Below are positions 45,099-55,607 of a stretch of DNA of 64,000 nt, in pieces. The notes beneath the pieces are model-generated. The model did no database searches and was not told where the DNA came from. It saw only the letters and a program-made list of their open reading frames with translations. The translations under genes and the position numbers were made by a program. Position 1 is the first letter of the stretch, and each line of letters opens with the position of its first letter. The DNA comes from an uncultured Gemmatimonadales bacterium (GTDB taxonomy: Bacteria; Gemmatimonadota; Gemmatimonadetes; Longimicrobiales; RSA9), in the NCBI GenBank assembly GCA_963783305.1, contig CAWAMW010000011.1, positions 96,001 through 160,000 of the forward strand. Reading direction: 5' to 3'.

Positions 45099-48000
45099 AT
45101 GAGATACCCGGAGTTCCCGGAAACCCACCGAGCGCTGGAGGAGGACGTTCTCCAGCGTTGGCGCGATGAAGAACTGTTCGCCCGCACGTTGGAAGCCACG
45201 GCGGAGGGGGAGCCGTTCGTCTTTTATGAGGGTCCGCCCACGGCGAACGGACGGCCGGGGATCCATCATGTCTTCGCGCGCACGCTGAAGGACCTCGTCT
45301 GCCGGTACCAGACCATGCAGGGCCGGCACGTGACGCGGAAGGCGGGGTGGGACACGCACGGCCTCCCTGTGGAGATCGAGGCGGAGAAGAAGCTCGGGAT
45401 CAGCGGCAAGCGGGAGATCGAGGAGCTGGGCGTCGCCCGCTTCAACGAGGTCTGCCGGGAGAGCGTTTTCACGTACAAGGAGGAGTGGGAGCGGCTGAGC
45501 GAGCGGATCGGGTACTGGCTCGACTACTCCGATCCCTACGTCACGTTCGAGCCCGAGTATATCGAGACGGTCTGGTGGCTGCTCAAGCAGCTGGACGACC
45601 GGAACCTCATCTATCGCGGCTACCGCAGCGTGCCGTACTGCCCACGGTGCGGCACGGCGCTCAGCTCGCACGAGGTAGCGCAGGGCTATCGCGAGGTGGA
45701 AGATCCCTCCGTGCATGTCCTCTGCCGCGTCCTCGGCCTCGACGGCGAGCCGACGGACCGCGCGCTCCTGGCCTGGACCACGACCCCGTGGACGATCCCG
45801 TCCAACTCGGCGCTGGCGGTGAACCCCGATCTCACGTACGCGGAAGTCGAGCACGATGGGCTGCGCGTGGTGGTCGCCGATGCCCTCGTGGAACGCGTGT
45901 TCGGAGAGGGGGCCGAGCCGGTCCGGCGCCTGCCTGCGTCCGAGCTCATCGGCCTGCGCTACCAGCGCCCGCTCGACCTGATCGATGTGGACGACGCCCA
46001 GCGGGAGGCCGGCTGGAAGGTGGTCCCCGCCGATTTCGTGAGCGATGAGGACGGCACCGGGGTCGTGCACATTGCACCGGCGTTCGGTTCCGACGACTAC
46101 GCGGCCGGGCAGACACACAGGCTTCCCATGCTGCGGCCCATCGACGATGCGGGGCGTTTCGAGGAGGGCATCCCGCGGGTGGGCGGGATGTTCGTGAAGG
46201 ACGCGGACCCGCTCCTGCTGGCCGCCATGGAAGAGGAGGGAGTCCTGTTCCGGAAGGGTCGGGTGAAGCACTCCTATCCGCACTGCTGGCGCTGCGACAG
46301 CCCGCTCATCTACATGGCCCGGGACTCCTGGTACATCCGGACCACCGCCGTGAAGGAGGCGATGCTCGCCAACAACCGGCGGGTGGGGTGGAACCCGCCG
46401 GAAATCGGCACCGGCCGGTTCGGCGAGTGGCTGGAGGGCAACATCGACTGGGCGCTCTCCCGTGACCGCTACTGGGGCACGCCCCTCCCGGTCTGGCTGT
46501 GTGACGCGAACGCGGAGCACCGCGAGGTGGTGGGATCGTTCGCGGAGCTGGCGGAGCGCGCCGGCGAGCTGCCTTCGGACTTCGACCCGCACAAGCCGTT
46601 CATCGATGAGCTGACGTGGCCGTGCCCCGCGTGTGAGGGCACCATGCACCGCACGCCGGAGGTGATCGACGCGTGGTTCGACTCGGGCGCCATGCCCTTC
46701 GCACAGTGGCACTACCCGTTCGGGGACCCCGACGCCTGGGAGCGCCACTACCCCGCGGACTTCATCGCCGAGGGGCTCGACCAGACGCGCGGCTGGTTCT
46801 ACAGCCTCATGGCCATCTCCACGATGCTGGATCCGGAGCCACAGGGGCCGGTCTATCGGAATGTCCTGGTGAACGGACTGGTTCTGGATCGCGACGGGCA
46901 GAAGATGTCGAAGTCGCGCGGCAACACGGTGAACCCATGGGACGCCATCGAGACGTTCGGTGCCGATGCCATCCGCTGGTACCTCGTGACCGTGAGTCAG
47001 CCGTGGGCGCCCAAGCGATGGGACGAGGAGGCGCTGGGCGAGACTGTTCGGCGCACGTTCGACACCCTGGCGAACACGTACCGGTTCTTCGCCATGTACG
47101 CCAACCTGGAGGAGTGGTCCCCGCCCGAGAGCCCGCATGGCGCCGACCGACCGACCGCTCATGGATCGGTGGCTCCTGTCCAGACAGGCGGAGCTGGTGG
47201 GCGAGGTGCGTCGCGCCCTGGACGGCTATGACCTCACGCGGGCCGCCCGGCTCATCGCGGATTTCGTGGTGGATGATCTGTCCAACTGGTACATCCGCAG
47301 GGGCCGCGACCGCTTCTGGGGATCGGCGGACGCCACCGATACGCGCTCCGCGTTCCAGTCGCTCTGGGAGGCGCTGGTGACCGTGAGCCGGCTCATGGCC
47401 CCGATCACGCCCTTTCTCTCCGACTGGATCCACCGGGCGCTGGGCCTCGAGTCGGTCCACCTCGCCGCGTACCCCGAGCGCCACCAGGGGCTGCGCGACG
47501 AGGCGCTGGACGCCGGGATGGAGGGTGTGCGCACCCTGGCCAGCCTGGGACGCGCCGCGCGCGAGCAGGTGCAGATCCGCGTCCGGCAGCCCCTCGCCAC
47601 CCTCTACGCCGTCACCCCGCGGAAGCTCGATCTTTCCCCGGAACTGCTGGCGGTGCTGAAGGACGAGCTGAACGTGAAGACCGTGGAGTTCCTGGACGTG
47701 GCCGAGGAGCTGGTCACCCTGGAGGCGAAGCCGAACTTCAGGCTTCTGGGTCAGAAATTCGGCAGCCACACGCAGGAGGCCGCGGCGGGCATCCGCGCGT
47801 TGAGCAGCGACGCCCTCTGGGCGTTCCAGTCCGGGGAGCAGATCGTGATCGAAGTGAACGGCGAGTCCCACGACCTCCAGCCGGACGACCTCGAGATCCA
47901 GAAGGTGGCCAGGGGAGAGCTGGTGGTGGAGACGGGGGACGGCTTCACGGTGGCCCTGGACCCCACCCTCGACCGAGACCTGCGACTCGAGGGACTGGGC

Positions 48001-48273
48001 CGGGAGCTGGTGAACCGAACGCAGCGGCTCCGTCGCGACGCCGGGCTCGAGGTGAGCGACCGGATCGAGCTCTGGATCAGCGGCGACGAGGACGCGGTCA
48101 CGGCCGCCCGGCTCCACGCCGACTACATCACGGGCGAGACGCTCGCCACGACCCTGGAGGTCGCGGCGCCGCCGGAATCCGACGCGATCCATACCCGCGA
48201 CGTGGAGCTGGACGACGTCGCGGCGTCCATCGCGCTGCGGCGATCCGGGGGTGGCGATGCCGCTGACGGCTGA
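45099..48273 (+). CDS. ileS: Isoleucine--tRNA ligase, type 2, split by a frameshift near 47130-47157
   Basis: EGPPTANG, GIHH, GWDTHGLP, WTTTPWT, GTGVVHIAP, KMSKS in 45099-47231; anticodon domain DRWLLS...LSNWYIRR in frame 47137-48273. Confidence 0.93.
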
Positions 48274-48628
48274 GCAGCGCGAGACGCTGGGCGCAATCCT
48301 CGACCGCGAGCGCCGTAAGCTCGTGCGTCGGCTTCGCCGTTTCGGTGAGGAAGTGGGCGAGCGGGAGGCGGCAGGATTCTCGCAGCACATGGCGGACGCC
48401 GCGGCGTCCATGACCGAGCGGGAGACCGCCGCGCTCATGGCGAGCGAGGAGGGGCGTCGTCTGGTGGAGGTGGACCGCGCCCTCGACCGGTTGACCCGGG
48501 CGCCGGAATCGTTCGGCGTCTGCCGGTCGTGTGAAGACGAGATCGTCTTCGAACGGCTGGAGGCTCTGCCATACACGGATCTGTGCATCGACTGCAAGCG
48601 CGGCGAGGAGAGGGGAGACGGCCGGTGA
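48257..48628 (+). CDS. TraR/DksA-family C4 zinc-finger protein
   Basis: HMADAA tip, FGVCRSC, RLEALPYTDLCIDC. Confidence 0.88.
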   Translation: MPLTAEQRETLGAILDRERRKLVRRLRRFGEEVGEREAAGFSQHMADAAASMTERETAALMASEEGRRLVEVDRALDRLTRAPESFGVCRSCEDEIVFERLEALPYTDLCIDCKRGEERGDGR

Positions 48629-49167
48629 ACGGAGGTGAAGCGGGGGCGGACCCCGTGCGCATCGGCAACTGGGGCCGCGGCAAGGTGGGACTCCTGGCCG
48701 GGGTCCTGACGGCCGTCGTGGCCTTCGACGTGGTCACAAAACTGATGATCCAGCGCACGTTCCGGCTGTATCAGCAGGTGGATCTGGTGGGCGACTATGT
48801 GCGCCTCACCTACATCTACAATCCCGGTGCGGCATTCGGGATCCATGTCGGTGACTACTCGCGCGCCATCTTCCTCGTACTCTCTGTCGTCGCCCTCGCC
48901 GCGCTCCTGGGAATGTACTGGGCGACGCCCGCCCGCGACCGCGTACGGCTGACCTCCATCGCGCTCATCTGCGCGGGTGCCATTGGCAACCTCATCGATC
49001 GGGTCCGCTCGGAGGCGGGAGTGGTGGATTTCCTGGACGTGGGCGTGGGCGACATGCGCTGGCCCGTGTTCAACGTGGCCGACATCGCGGTGACGACCGG
49101 GGCCATCTTCCTGGCCCTCTCGCTCTGGCGGGAGGACCAGCGGCCGCGACGGAAACGCAGTGGGTAG
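48625..49167 (+). CDS. lspA: Lipoprotein signal peptidase II
   Basis: NPGAAF, GNLIDR, VVDF, FNVAD. Confidence 0.95.
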   Translation: MNGGEAGADPVRIGNWGRGKVGLLAGVLTAVVAFDVVTKLMIQRTFRLYQQVDLVGDYVRLTYIYNPGAAFGIHVGDYSRAIFLVLSVVALAALLGMYWATPARDRVRLTSIALICAGAIGNLIDRVRSEAGVVDFLDVGVGDMRWPVFNVADIAVTTGAIFLALSLWREDQRPRRKRSG

Positions 49168-50125
49168 CGCGCGGCGGCTGGAGGTGGACGAGGCCGCTGT
49201 CGGCGAGCGCCTCGACGCCCACGTAGCGGAGCGGGTACCGGAGCTCTCGCGGAGTCGCGTCGTGCAGCTCATCGGGGACGGCCGGATCCGCCTGAACGGC
49301 GCCGAAGCCCGGAAGAGCGCGCGGCTGGAGCCGGGGGACGTCATCAATGTTGAGATCCCGGACCCGGAGCCGAGCGAGGTCGAGGCGGAGGACATTCCGC
49401 TGGAGATCGTATTCGAGGACCGGGACCTGCTGGTGGTGAACAAGCCGAGCGGCCTGGTGGTTCACCCGGCACCCGGTCATCGGAGCGGGACCATGGTGAA
49501 CGCGCTGCTGCACCACGTGGACGACCTGTCCGGCATCGGTGGCGTGAAGCGGCCCGGCATCGTGCACCGGTTGGACAAGGACACGTCCGGTCTGCTCATC
49601 GTGGCAAAGCACGACCGCGCCCACCGCAAGCTGTCCGCGGCGCTGAAGCGGCGCGACATCCACCGGATCTATCTCACCGTCTGCTGGGGCCACCTGGAGG
49701 AGGACCGGCTGAGCGTGGAGGCGCCGGTCGGCCGCTCGAACCGCAACCGGAAGCGGATGGCGGTCGTGGAGTCCGGACGCCGGGCGCTCACGCACTTCGA
49801 GCGGGTCCAGCGCTGGGTCGCCGCCGACCTGCTGCGCGCCCGCCTGGAGACGGGTCGCACGCACCAGATCCGCGTCCACCTCGCCCATATCGGCCACCCG
49901 GTCGTGGGCGACAAGCAGTACGCCGGCGGCGGCGCTCGCGGGATCAGCGGGACGGGACACCTCTGGGCGCGCGAGCTGGAGCGCCGGGTGCCAACCCACT
50001 TCCTCCACGCCCATCGCCTCGAGTTCGAGCACCCCAGGACGGGGCAGCCGATGGAGTTCGAAGCGCCGCTCCCTTCCACCCTGGCGGGGGCGGCCGAATG
50101 GGCGGCCGAGACGAGCGCGCGTTGA
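49160..50125 (+). CDS. rluD: RluA/RluD-family pseudouridine synthase
   Basis: S4 domain, HRLDKDTSG, TGRTHQIRVH. Confidence 0.92.
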   Translation: MGSARRLEVDEAAVGERLDAHVAERVPELSRSRVVQLIGDGRIRLNGAEARKSARLEPGDVINVEIPDPEPSEVEAEDIPLEIVFEDRDLLVVNKPSGLVVHPAPGHRSGTMVNALLHHVDDLSGIGGVKRPGIVHRLDKDTSGLLIVAKHDRAHRKLSAALKRRDIHRIYLTVCWGHLEEDRLSVEAPVGRSNRNRKRMAVVESGRRALTHFERVQRWVAADLLRARLETGRTHQIRVHLAHIGHPVVGDKQYAGGGARGISGTGHLWARELERRVPTHFLHAHRLEFEHPRTGQPMEFEAPLPSTLAGAAEWAAETSAR

Positions 50126-50151
50126 CCCGTTCCCGTCCGTCGGGATATCTT
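50122..50151 (+). promoter_or_regulatory. Putative sigma70 promoter of the TPR-Mgl operon
   Basis: TTGACC-18 bp-TATCTT. Confidence 0.55.
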
Positions 50152-50186
50152 CCATCCTCTCCCCCCGCACACGCACCCGACCGCCC

Positions 50187-52796
50187 ATGATCCAACGGCC
50201 CGAGGCCGTCACAGGCGCCGGACCCGAGGCCGGGGGCCGTCCCCGAGCGGCTCGTCGCTCGGCCATGTCCGAACGCGACGTGTCCATTCTCCGCTCGTTG
50301 GCCGACCGCATCGACCCCGGGGACGCTGGCGCCCACAACAACCTCGGAGTCCTCTTCTTTCAGAAGGGGCTCTTCGACGACGCGGTGGCCGCCTTCGAAC
50401 GGGCGCTCGAGCTCGATCCGCGACTGGAAGTGGCGCGCCAGAACGCCGAGATCGCGTTCAAGGAGAGCGGCCATTTCGAAGAGCGCGTGCGCTCGCTTCG
50501 CGAGGCTCTCCGCGCCGACCCCGCCAGCGCCGACAGCCGCGACGCCCTCGCCCGCACCTACCTGATGGGCGGCGACCCCGCGAGTGCGGCGGCCGAGTGG
50601 ACGGCGCTGCTCCGGCAGTACCCCCAGAGTACTCCGCTCCACATGAAGCTGGCGTACGCGGAAGCCGAACGCGGCCGCGTGCAGGTGGCGGTCCACCTGC
50701 TGGAGGAGGCCGCGCGCCTCTCCCCGGAGTTGGCCGCCGTCCGGCTCCAGCTCGCCGAGCTGATGCTGGACACCGGAATGCCCGTCCGGGCCGAGCGCGA
50801 GGTGCGGCGCGCCGTCGCACTGGATCCGATGGCGTCGCGGGCGCAGCAGTTCCTCGCTCGCCTGCTGGAGGAGACCGGCCGGACGGAGGAGGCCACGGAG
50901 GCGCTGGAGCGGGCGAAGGAGCTGGACCCGGCGGCGGGCAGCTCGACCGGGCATCTGTCCCTCGACCGGTACCGCTCCGCGGCGCGGGCAAAACGCAGGC
51001 GCGAGGGTCGGCCCGAGCCGGTGACAGAGGCGGGGCTCGGCGGTCTGGCACGCGCGACGGAGCTCCGCCGGAACGGCAACCTGCGGGGCGCCGCGGAGGA
51101 GCTGGAACGGGAGCTGACGGCCGGCGACGCGTCGCTGGAGGTCCGGCAGGCGAGCGCCGAGATCCACCTTCTCATGGGCGACCTCGAGGCGGCGGCCGAC
51201 GCCTACGGTGCTCTGGTGGCGGAACGGGAGGACAGCCCCAAGCTCTGGAATGAGCGCGGGGTCGCCGTTCACCGTCTCGCCCGGTTCGATGAGGCCGTGC
51301 ACGCGTACCGCCGCACCGTTGCCCTCGACCACGCCTACTCCCTCGGCTGGAACAACCTGGGGGTGGCGCTGGCTCAGAGGGGGGAAGAGGGAGCGGCCGA
51401 GCGAGCGCTCCGACAGGCGACCGCGGGGACGGCGCCGCCCGAGATTCTGTGGAATCTGGGGTTGTTCCTCACCCGCTTGGAGCGTCCTGATGAGGCGGTG
51501 GAGACCTATCGGGAGGCGCTTGAGATCGACCGCTCCTCCGCCGAGTCGTGGGCACGCCTCGGGAGCGCTCTCTTCCAGGCACGAGAGCCGGCGGGCGCAC
51601 GGGACGCGCTGCTCCAGGCGCTGGAGCGCGATCCGGATCTGGCGGACGCCCGCTATCAGTTGGGCTTCGCCCTCTCCGCCCTCGGAGACTTCCGCGGCGC
51701 GTTGAGGGAGACACAGCGCGCGCTGGAGCAGGCGCCCGTCATCCCTACCCCACAGTACCAGCTGCTCATCGACGCCCAGTTCGAGGACGGCACGCTCCCA
51801 GCGCCCGAGACTACCGAGGGGGAGCGGGTTCCATCCGGATCCCCCGTGGCCGGGTTCGATTTCGAACCGAAGTCTCTCGACAATGCCTTCGCCGGGTTCA
51901 GGCCCCGGGACCCCTCGCCGGGCACCGCGGAGATCCAGACGTTCGTCGACGAGGGCCGGACCGCGCTCCGCCGTGGCCAGCTCAGGAAGGCCGCGGCGGC
52001 GGCAAGCCGCGCGGTGCGGGCGGCGCCAGAGGCGCTGGATCCGCGGCTGATCGAGGGGGAGGTGCTCCTCCGACAGGGGCTGGCGGGCGAGGCGCTCGAG
52101 CGATTCGAGGGCGTGCTCAGGGGCGAGGCCGATACCCGGCAGGTGCGGGAGGCGCTCACCGGCCGCGCCCGTGCGCTCCTCGACCTGGGTCGAGCCAAGG
52201 ACGCGATTGCGGCCGCGCGTGCGGTGGAGGACGCCGGGGGCGGGGGATCGTTCACGGCGCGGGCGCTCCTCGCCGCCGAGCGGTGGACGGACGCAGTGTC
52301 GGCGTTCGAGCGGGCGGTCCAGAACGGCGAAGTGGACGCTACCACCCTGGCAGGGTACGGCAGTGCGCTGCTCGGCGCAGGCCGACCGGCGGACGCGCGA
52401 AAAGTGTTTACCCGATCGCTGGCCACCAGCCCCTCCGTAGCCGCGCGGGTGGGTCTGGGGCAAGCTCTCGAGGCCCTGGGCGACCGCCCTGGCGCCATGA
52501 GGGCGTACCGGGAAGGAGTCACCGCGCTGCCGAGTTACGGCCCGGCCGTCCTGAGGCTCGCCATGGCGGAGTGGCGATCGGGGAAGGCCCAGGACGCCGT
52601 CCGATCACTGGTCCAGTTCCTCGACCTCGACCCGACGCACGTGGCCGCGCTGGTCCAGCTGGGCACCTGGCTCGGAGAGCTCGGACGGGTCGAGCAGGCG
52701 CTGCGGTCGCTCCATCGAGCGTTGAGCCTCGATGCGGGGAACGCAGAGGCGCGCCGGGAGCTCGAGCGCTTGAGCGCCGCCGGAAGGGGGGGCTGA
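50187..52796 (+). CDS. Large multi-TPR protein
   Basis: Many TPR units (AHNNLGV, LWNERGV, GWNNLGV, ARYQLG); start 50187 or 50265. Confidence 0.9.
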   Translation: MIQRPEAVTGAGPEAGGRPRAARRSAMSERDVSILRSLADRIDPGDAGAHNNLGVLFFQKGLFDDAVAAFERALELDPRLEVARQNAEIAFKESGHFEERVRSLREALRADPASADSRDALARTYLMGGDPASAAAEWTALLRQYPQSTPLHMKLAYAEAERGRVQVAVHLLEEAARLSPELAAVRLQLAELMLDTGMPVRAEREVRRAVALDPMASRAQQFLARLLEETGRTEEATEALERAKELDPAAGSSTGHLSLDRYRSAARAKRRREGRPEPVTEAGLGGLARATELRRNGNLRGAAEELERELTAGDASLEVRQASAEIHLLMGDLEAAADAYGALVAEREDSPKLWNERGVAVHRLARFDEAVHAYRRTVALDHAYSLGWNNLGVALAQRGEEGAAERALRQATAGTAPPEILWNLGLFLTRLERPDEAVETYREALEIDRSSAESWARLGSALFQAREPAGARDALLQALERDPDLADARYQLGFALSALGDFRGALRETQRALEQAPVIPTPQYQLLIDAQFEDGTLPAPETTEGERVPSGSPVAGFDFEPKSLDNAFAGFRPRDPSPGTAEIQTFVDEGRTALRRGQLRKAAAAASRAVRAAPEALDPRLIEGEVLLRQGLAGEALERFEGVLRGEADTRQVREALTGRARALLDLGRAKDAIAAARAVEDAGGGGSFTARALLAAERWTDAVSAFERAVQNGEVDATTLAGYGSALLGAGRPADARKVFTRSLATSPSVAARVGLGQALEALGDRPGAMRAYREGVTALPSYGPAVLRLAMAEWRSGKAQDAVRSLVQFLDLDPTHVAALVQLGTWLGELGRVEQALRSLHRALSLDAGNAEARRELERLSAAGRGG

Positions 52797-53915
52797 GTGC
52801 CCATCGAGGGACCGCTGAAGGAGCTCGGGATCCAGGACGTGCTCCAGATGCTCGACCTGGCGCAGAAGACCGGCATCCTGACCGTGCGCTCGCAGCGCAT
52901 GATGGATGAGGCGGTGGTCCATATGCTGGACGGTGAGCTCGTCTTCGCAAGCCGTCGTCGGTCCATGCGCCTTCTCGGTCAGCAGCTGCTCCGGGACGGG
53001 AAGCTGACGGAGAAGGAGCTCGAGCGGGCGCTCGAAATGCAGCGTCGCGACTCGAAGCAGCGGCTGGGAGCCATCCTCGTGGAGATGGGGAGCGTGGATC
53101 GGAGCGAGCTCGACCGGCAGCTCCGGTTCCAGATCGAGGAGACGATCTACGACCTGCTGGCGTGGGATGAGGGCTATTTCCATTTCGAGGAGACCGACGA
53201 GACGCCACCGGGACCCGTGCGGGTCCGGGTGGATTCGCTCCTGATGGAAGGCGCTCGCCGGATCGACGAGTGGACGCGGCTGGAATCGCGGGTCCCCAGC
53301 TCCGACGCCGTGCCCGTACTCTTCGCGAAGGAAGGGGACAGCGGGCTCATCGACCTCCGCCCGGAGCAGTGGGAGGTGCTGGCGGAGATCGACGGAGAAC
53401 GGGACCTCCGCCTGATCGCCAGCGAGCTGGGGCGGAGCGCGTTCGACGTGGCCAAGATCGTGTACGGGCTCGTGACCATGAACGTGGTCAGCGTCAGCGA
53501 GCGCCCGCTGAAGATCAAGGACGAGGCCCTGATCCCGATCCTCGACGAGCTGGAGCTCATGCTGGCCGATGGCGAGCTGGAGGCGGCCGAGCGGCGCGCA
53601 AGGGAGATCCAGAAGGAGTACCCCGATCGCGTCGAGCTGCCGCTCCTGACGGGCCGCGCCCTCGCCGCTCAGGGCCGGCTGAGGGCCGCCGCCGAATCCT
53701 TCGATCGGGCGGTGACCCTCGACCCGCTGTCCCCGGACGCCCATTATCAACTGGGACTCGCCGCAGCCAGAGCGGGCGAGATCGACCGCGCCATGGAGGC
53801 ATGGTCCACTTTTCTACGGCTGAACCTGGGCGGCGACCGACGCACGTTCGTCGAGGCCGCCTTCGATGCGATGACCGATCTGAAACACGCCCTCGACGCC
53901 GCGCCCACGGAATGA
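52797..53915 (+). CDS. DUF4388 protein with MshEN-like motifs and C-terminal TPR
   Basis: G.L.E....DVLQ.L...KTG.L N-terminus; LLMEGARRIDEW; TPR tail. Confidence 0.82.
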   Translation: MPIEGPLKELGIQDVLQMLDLAQKTGILTVRSQRMMDEAVVHMLDGELVFASRRRSMRLLGQQLLRDGKLTEKELERALEMQRRDSKQRLGAILVEMGSVDRSELDRQLRFQIEETIYDLLAWDEGYFHFEETDETPPGPVRVRVDSLLMEGARRIDEWTRLESRVPSSDAVPVLFAKEGDSGLIDLRPEQWEVLAEIDGERDLRLIASELGRSAFDVAKIVYGLVTMNVVSVSERPLKIKDEALIPILDELELMLADGELEAAERRAREIQKEYPDRVELPLLTGRALAAQGRLRAAAESFDRAVTLDPLSPDAHYQLGLAAARAGEIDRAMEAWSTFLRLNLGGDRRTFVEAAFDAMTDLKHALDAAPTE

Positions 53916-54778
53916 CTGAACGCGATCTGCAGCGCTGGAGCAGGGAGGTGGCCGAGGACCCCGGCGCCCCCTCGTTCGTCCGCCTGGCCCGCGCGTGTCG
54001 CCGGCAGGGCCGGCACCAGGCCGCACGCGACATCGTGCACGGCGGCCTCACCCGGCATCCCGAGCACGTGGACGCACACGCGCTCCTCGCCCTCATCCAT
54101 ATCGATGGCGGCCAGCGTCAGCAGGCACGCGACGAGTGGGAGACCGTTCTCCGCCTCGATCCCGGGAACTTCGATGCCAGCCGCGGACTCGGGTTCCTGG
54201 CTCTCGAGCGCAACGATCTGATCGCCGCCCGCCGTCACCTGGATGCCGCCGCCGCCGCGCGCCCCGATGACCCGGCGGTCTCTCAGGCGCGGCAGGTGCT
54301 CGATCGGCGGGAGGACGCCGCCGCTCCCTCCGACCTCCCGGGCGCGCGCGTCCACACCGGCGCCCGTGACCCCGCGCGCACCGGAGCCCGTGACCCCGCG
54401 CGCACCGGAGCCCGTGACCCCGCGCGGCTCTTTACCGCCCTCGCCGCGGAGGCCCCCTTCAAGGGCGCCCTCGTGCTCGACGACCAGGGAATGGTCCTGG
54501 CCGGAGGACTGGACAGCGATGCCCTGTCCGATGACCTCCTCGGCGCGCTCCTCACTACCACGGTCGCGGAGGCCAGCCGAACGACCGGAATGCTTCAACT
54601 CGGCGATTGGAACGAAATGCTGATCGAGACGGATTCGGCCACACTCCACCTTACCGCCCTCCCCGGCGCCGCGGTCCTGGTGGTCGTGGCGGAGCCGGAC
54701 ACGCCCGCCGGATGGGTGGTTCGGGCCGCCGGCAGGGCGGCGGAGATGGCCCGGCGCTTCATGGAGGTGGGGACATGA
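53912..54778 (+). CDS. TPR + Roadblock/LC7 fusion protein
   Basis: N-terminal TPRs; C-terminal GALVLDDQGMVLA...LQLGDW..MLIET Roadblock fold. Confidence 0.8.
   Translation: MTERDLQRWSREVAEDPGAPSFVRLARACRRQGRHQAARDIVHGGLTRHPEHVDAHALLALIHIDGGQRQQARDEWETVLRLDPGNFDASRGLGFLALERNDLIAARRHLDAAAAARPDDPAVSQARQVLDRREDAAAPSDLPGARVHTGARDPARTGARDPARTGARDPARLFTALAAEAPFKGALVLDDQGMVLAGGLDSDALSDDLLGALLTTTVAEASRTTGMLQLGDWNEMLIETDSATLHLTALPGAAVLVVVAEPDTPAGWVVRAAGRAAEMARRFMEVGT
54355..54426 (+). repeat. 3 x 24-bp in-frame tandem repeat (TGARDPAR)
   Basis: CACCGG(C/A)GCCCGTGACCCCGCGCG three times, one mismatch. Confidence 0.95.
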
Positions 54779-55125
54779 ATGGAGCCGTAGAGCGGGCGCT
54801 GAGTACGCTGACCCGGATCGATGGGGTGCGGGGTGCCATGGTAGTGGACAGAGAGGGAGGGGTGCCCGTCCTGGCGAAGCTGACCACCGGGGTGCCCGAG
54901 ACGGCGCTGGCGGCCATGTCGGGGCTGCTCTTCGGCCGGACCACGGAGGCTTCACAGTCGGCGGGATTCGGCCGACTGGGTGTGCTCCAGCTTCAGGCGG
55001 ACGGGGGGCATATGGTCCTGGCGGGGGCGGGACCGCTCCTGGTCGTGGTTTTGACGGAGGCCGACGCGCGACTGGGTCTGGTGCGGGTCCAGGCGGCGCG
55101 GGCCGCGGGCGAGCTGAGCGAATGA
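54775..55125 (+). CDS. Roadblock/LC7 protein (MglB/MglC-like)
   Basis: GVRGAMVVDREGGV, LAAM, ARLGLVR; 116 aa. Confidence 0.85.
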   Translation: MNGAVERALSTLTRIDGVRGAMVVDREGGVPVLAKLTTGVPETALAAMSGLLFGRTTEASQSAGFGRLGVLQLQADGGHMVLAGAGPLLVVVLTEADARLGLVRVQAARAAGELSE

Positions 55126-55607
55126 GACGCGAAGATGTGAAGCGCGTGGCCGAAGCACTTGCCGAGCCGATGAAGACGTTCGTGCGGGACTCCCGTGTCC
55201 GAACGGCCGTGCTCGTCAACCGGAGTGGGCAGGTGCTGGCGCACCACGGGTTTGGTCAGAGCTACGACATCGGGAACGTGGCCACACTGGCGGCGGCTGC
55301 GCACTCCTCCGCGCACGCGCTGGCACAGCTCACCGGCGCTGGCCGCTGGATGCACCTCCATCACGCCGGCAAGGAGAACCAGCTCTTCCTGGCGCCCTTC
55401 GTCGCCGGCTCCGAGGAGCTGGTGCTGGTGGCCATCTTCGACAACGATTCCACGCTGGGCCTCGTCCAGCTCTTCTTCGACCGCCTCGCCGAGGCCATCC
55501 AGCAAATACCCGAGCTCGGGGGCGCCCTCGTGCCGGGCGATGTCGAGGCGTTCGAGAGTGATCTCGAGGCGGGGCTCGACCGACTGCTGCCCGAGAGCGG
55601 CGACTGA
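55122..55607 (+). CDS. mglB: MglB-like Roadblock GTPase regulator
   Basis: AVLVNRSGQVLA, ATLAAA, LHHAG, VAIFDNDSTLGLV; directly upstream of mglA. Confidence 0.8.
   Translation: MRREDVKRVAEALAEPMKTFVRDSRVRTAVLVNRSGQVLAHHGFGQSYDIGNVATLAAAAHSSAHALAQLTGAGRWMHLHHAGKENQLFLAPFVAGSEELVLVAIFDNDSTLGLVQLFFDRLAEAIQQIPELGGALVPGDVEAFESDLEAGLDRLLPESGD

Noticed and set aside
54355..54426. CRISPR array
   Set aside because: Contiguous in-frame repeats without spacers; no cas genes
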